Positions 63,305 through 64,000 of a DNA stretch of 64,000 nt are shown here, piece by piece. Both the position numbers and the translations under genes were made by a program. The DNA lies in IMG/VR virus record IMGVR_UViG_3300022227_000002, positions 20,088 through 84,087 of that record, one strand, 5' to 3'. The notes beneath the pieces were generated by a model that saw only the letters and a list, made by a program, of their open reading frames with translations, did no database searches and was not told where the DNA came from. How positions within the stretch are numbered: position 1 is the first letter of the stretch; each line of letters opens with the position of its first letter. Origin of the DNA: a virus.

Positions 63305-63776
63305 ATACTATTCTATAAACATTTTTGAATTTTTCATATGCAATTTTTAATGAAGGATATATTACAGTCATATCCTCTACTTGGGAAAGACTAGGCATAG
63401 ATTTTTCAAAAGGTTTGGGTTCTGAGAAATCATAATTAAAGTTGGATTGCCCTGATACTGCATCTTTTTCAAATTGATCTTGTAAAGGGCCTCCTGGTCC
63501 ATATAAACCTGGAGAATCTTGTTCTTCACCTGTAGATGCTGATCCTATTCCATAAGAATAAGTTATGGGTGGGGTGTTAGACGAATCTATTCCTCCACCA
63601 TTGTCATCAAAATTAACTGCTATAGTTCCTGTATCTCTAGGAACTCCGCTATCACTTGGCATCCAAGATGAACTAGGATAAACGGGCCATTCTCCATATG
63701 GTCCTTCCCCTTTAGACCATTGGGCTTTACCAGATAAGTCTGGTGTTTTAGTTTGTTTTTTTGTTTTCTTTGTCAT
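63264..63776 (-). CDS. Hypothetical protein (largely low-complexity/disordered)
   Basis: 170 aa, AAGGAG SD. Confidence 0.55.
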   Translation of the reverse strand: MTKKTKKQTKTPDLSGKAQWSKGEGPYGEWPVYPSSSWMPSDSGVPRDTGTIAVNFDDNGGGIDSSNTPPITYSYGIGSASTGEEQDSPGLYGPGGPLQDQFEKDAVSGQSNFNYDFSEPKPFEKSMPSLSQVEDMTVIYPSLKIAYEKFKNVYRIVYDDWAARQKEDDV

Positions 63777-63788
63777 AAAGAATACTCC

Positions 63789-64000
63789 TTAATAAAGTTT
63801 TTCTATTTTGTCACAGATTGCTAGTTTTTTAGCCTCTTCAGCCGATAACCAAACGTCCTGTGGCGGTAATAATACTTCTTTAATTTTTTTCTCAGACATT
63901 CCAATACATTTTTTGTAATGTTCTACCATTCTTTTAGTTGATAGCTCAAATTCTTTAACACGAGCATATAGTTCGTGTTCTTTGCCATCACTTCCCCAAC
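63789..64000 (-). CDS. clpP: ClpP-like protease, C-terminal part (gene begins beyond the window end)
   Basis: Manual translation WGSDGKEHEL...HYKKCIGMSEKKIKEVLLPPQDVWLSAEEAKKLAICDKI matches the ClpP C-terminal pattern (D-x-W-L-S-A-x-E-A..G/I.D.I). Confidence 0.75.
   Translation of the reverse strand, partial: WGSDGKEHELYARVKEFELSTKRMVEHYKKCIGMSEKKIKEVLLPPQDVWLSAEEAKKLAICDKIEKLY

Noticed and set aside
1-64000. tRNA genes, CRISPR arrays, introns/inteins, homing endonucleases, stop-codon reassignment
   Set aside because: Intergenic gaps are all short and show no cloverleaf or spacer-repeat pattern; no intein or HNH/GIY-YIG/LAGLIDADG motifs were seen; genes are long and dense under the standard code.

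Overview
All 64 kb read as part of an AT-rich, large contractile-tailed (distantly T4-like) bacteriophage genome. There are three blocks. (1) 1-30.4 kb, + strand: baseplate and tail module with a hub-like protein, gp5/VgrG-like spike, PAAR, gp25, gp6-like wedge, a 4,890-aa wedge/adhesin protein and three paralogous fibre proteins, mostly preceded by the T4-type late motif TAAATA. (2) 30.5-51.7 kb: a dense tailoring-enzyme island that starts at a near-perfect sigma70 promoter. It holds 4 GT-A-like glycosyltransferases, 7 radical SAM enzymes of four architectures (one resembling archaeal tetraether-lipid synthase Tes/MJ0619), methyltransferase(s), a QueC-like PP-loop enzyme, intact and degenerate Asp/Asn-hydroxylase folds, two kinase-fold proteins lacking the catalytic Asp, a GNAT, SDRs, an SGNH protein, several unannotated short coupled ORFs and an orphan Mtd_N fibre gene. 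(3) 51.8-64 kb, - strand: hypothetical proteins, a MoxR AAA+/VWA-HExxH pair, RNase H, QueE, FolE, two SGNH proteins, HIT, a purine phosphoribosyltransferase and a partial ClpP. No tRNA, rRNA, CRISPR array, reverse transcriptase, integrase or transposase was recognised. All family calls come from motif reading and recalled family sequences, not from database searches.
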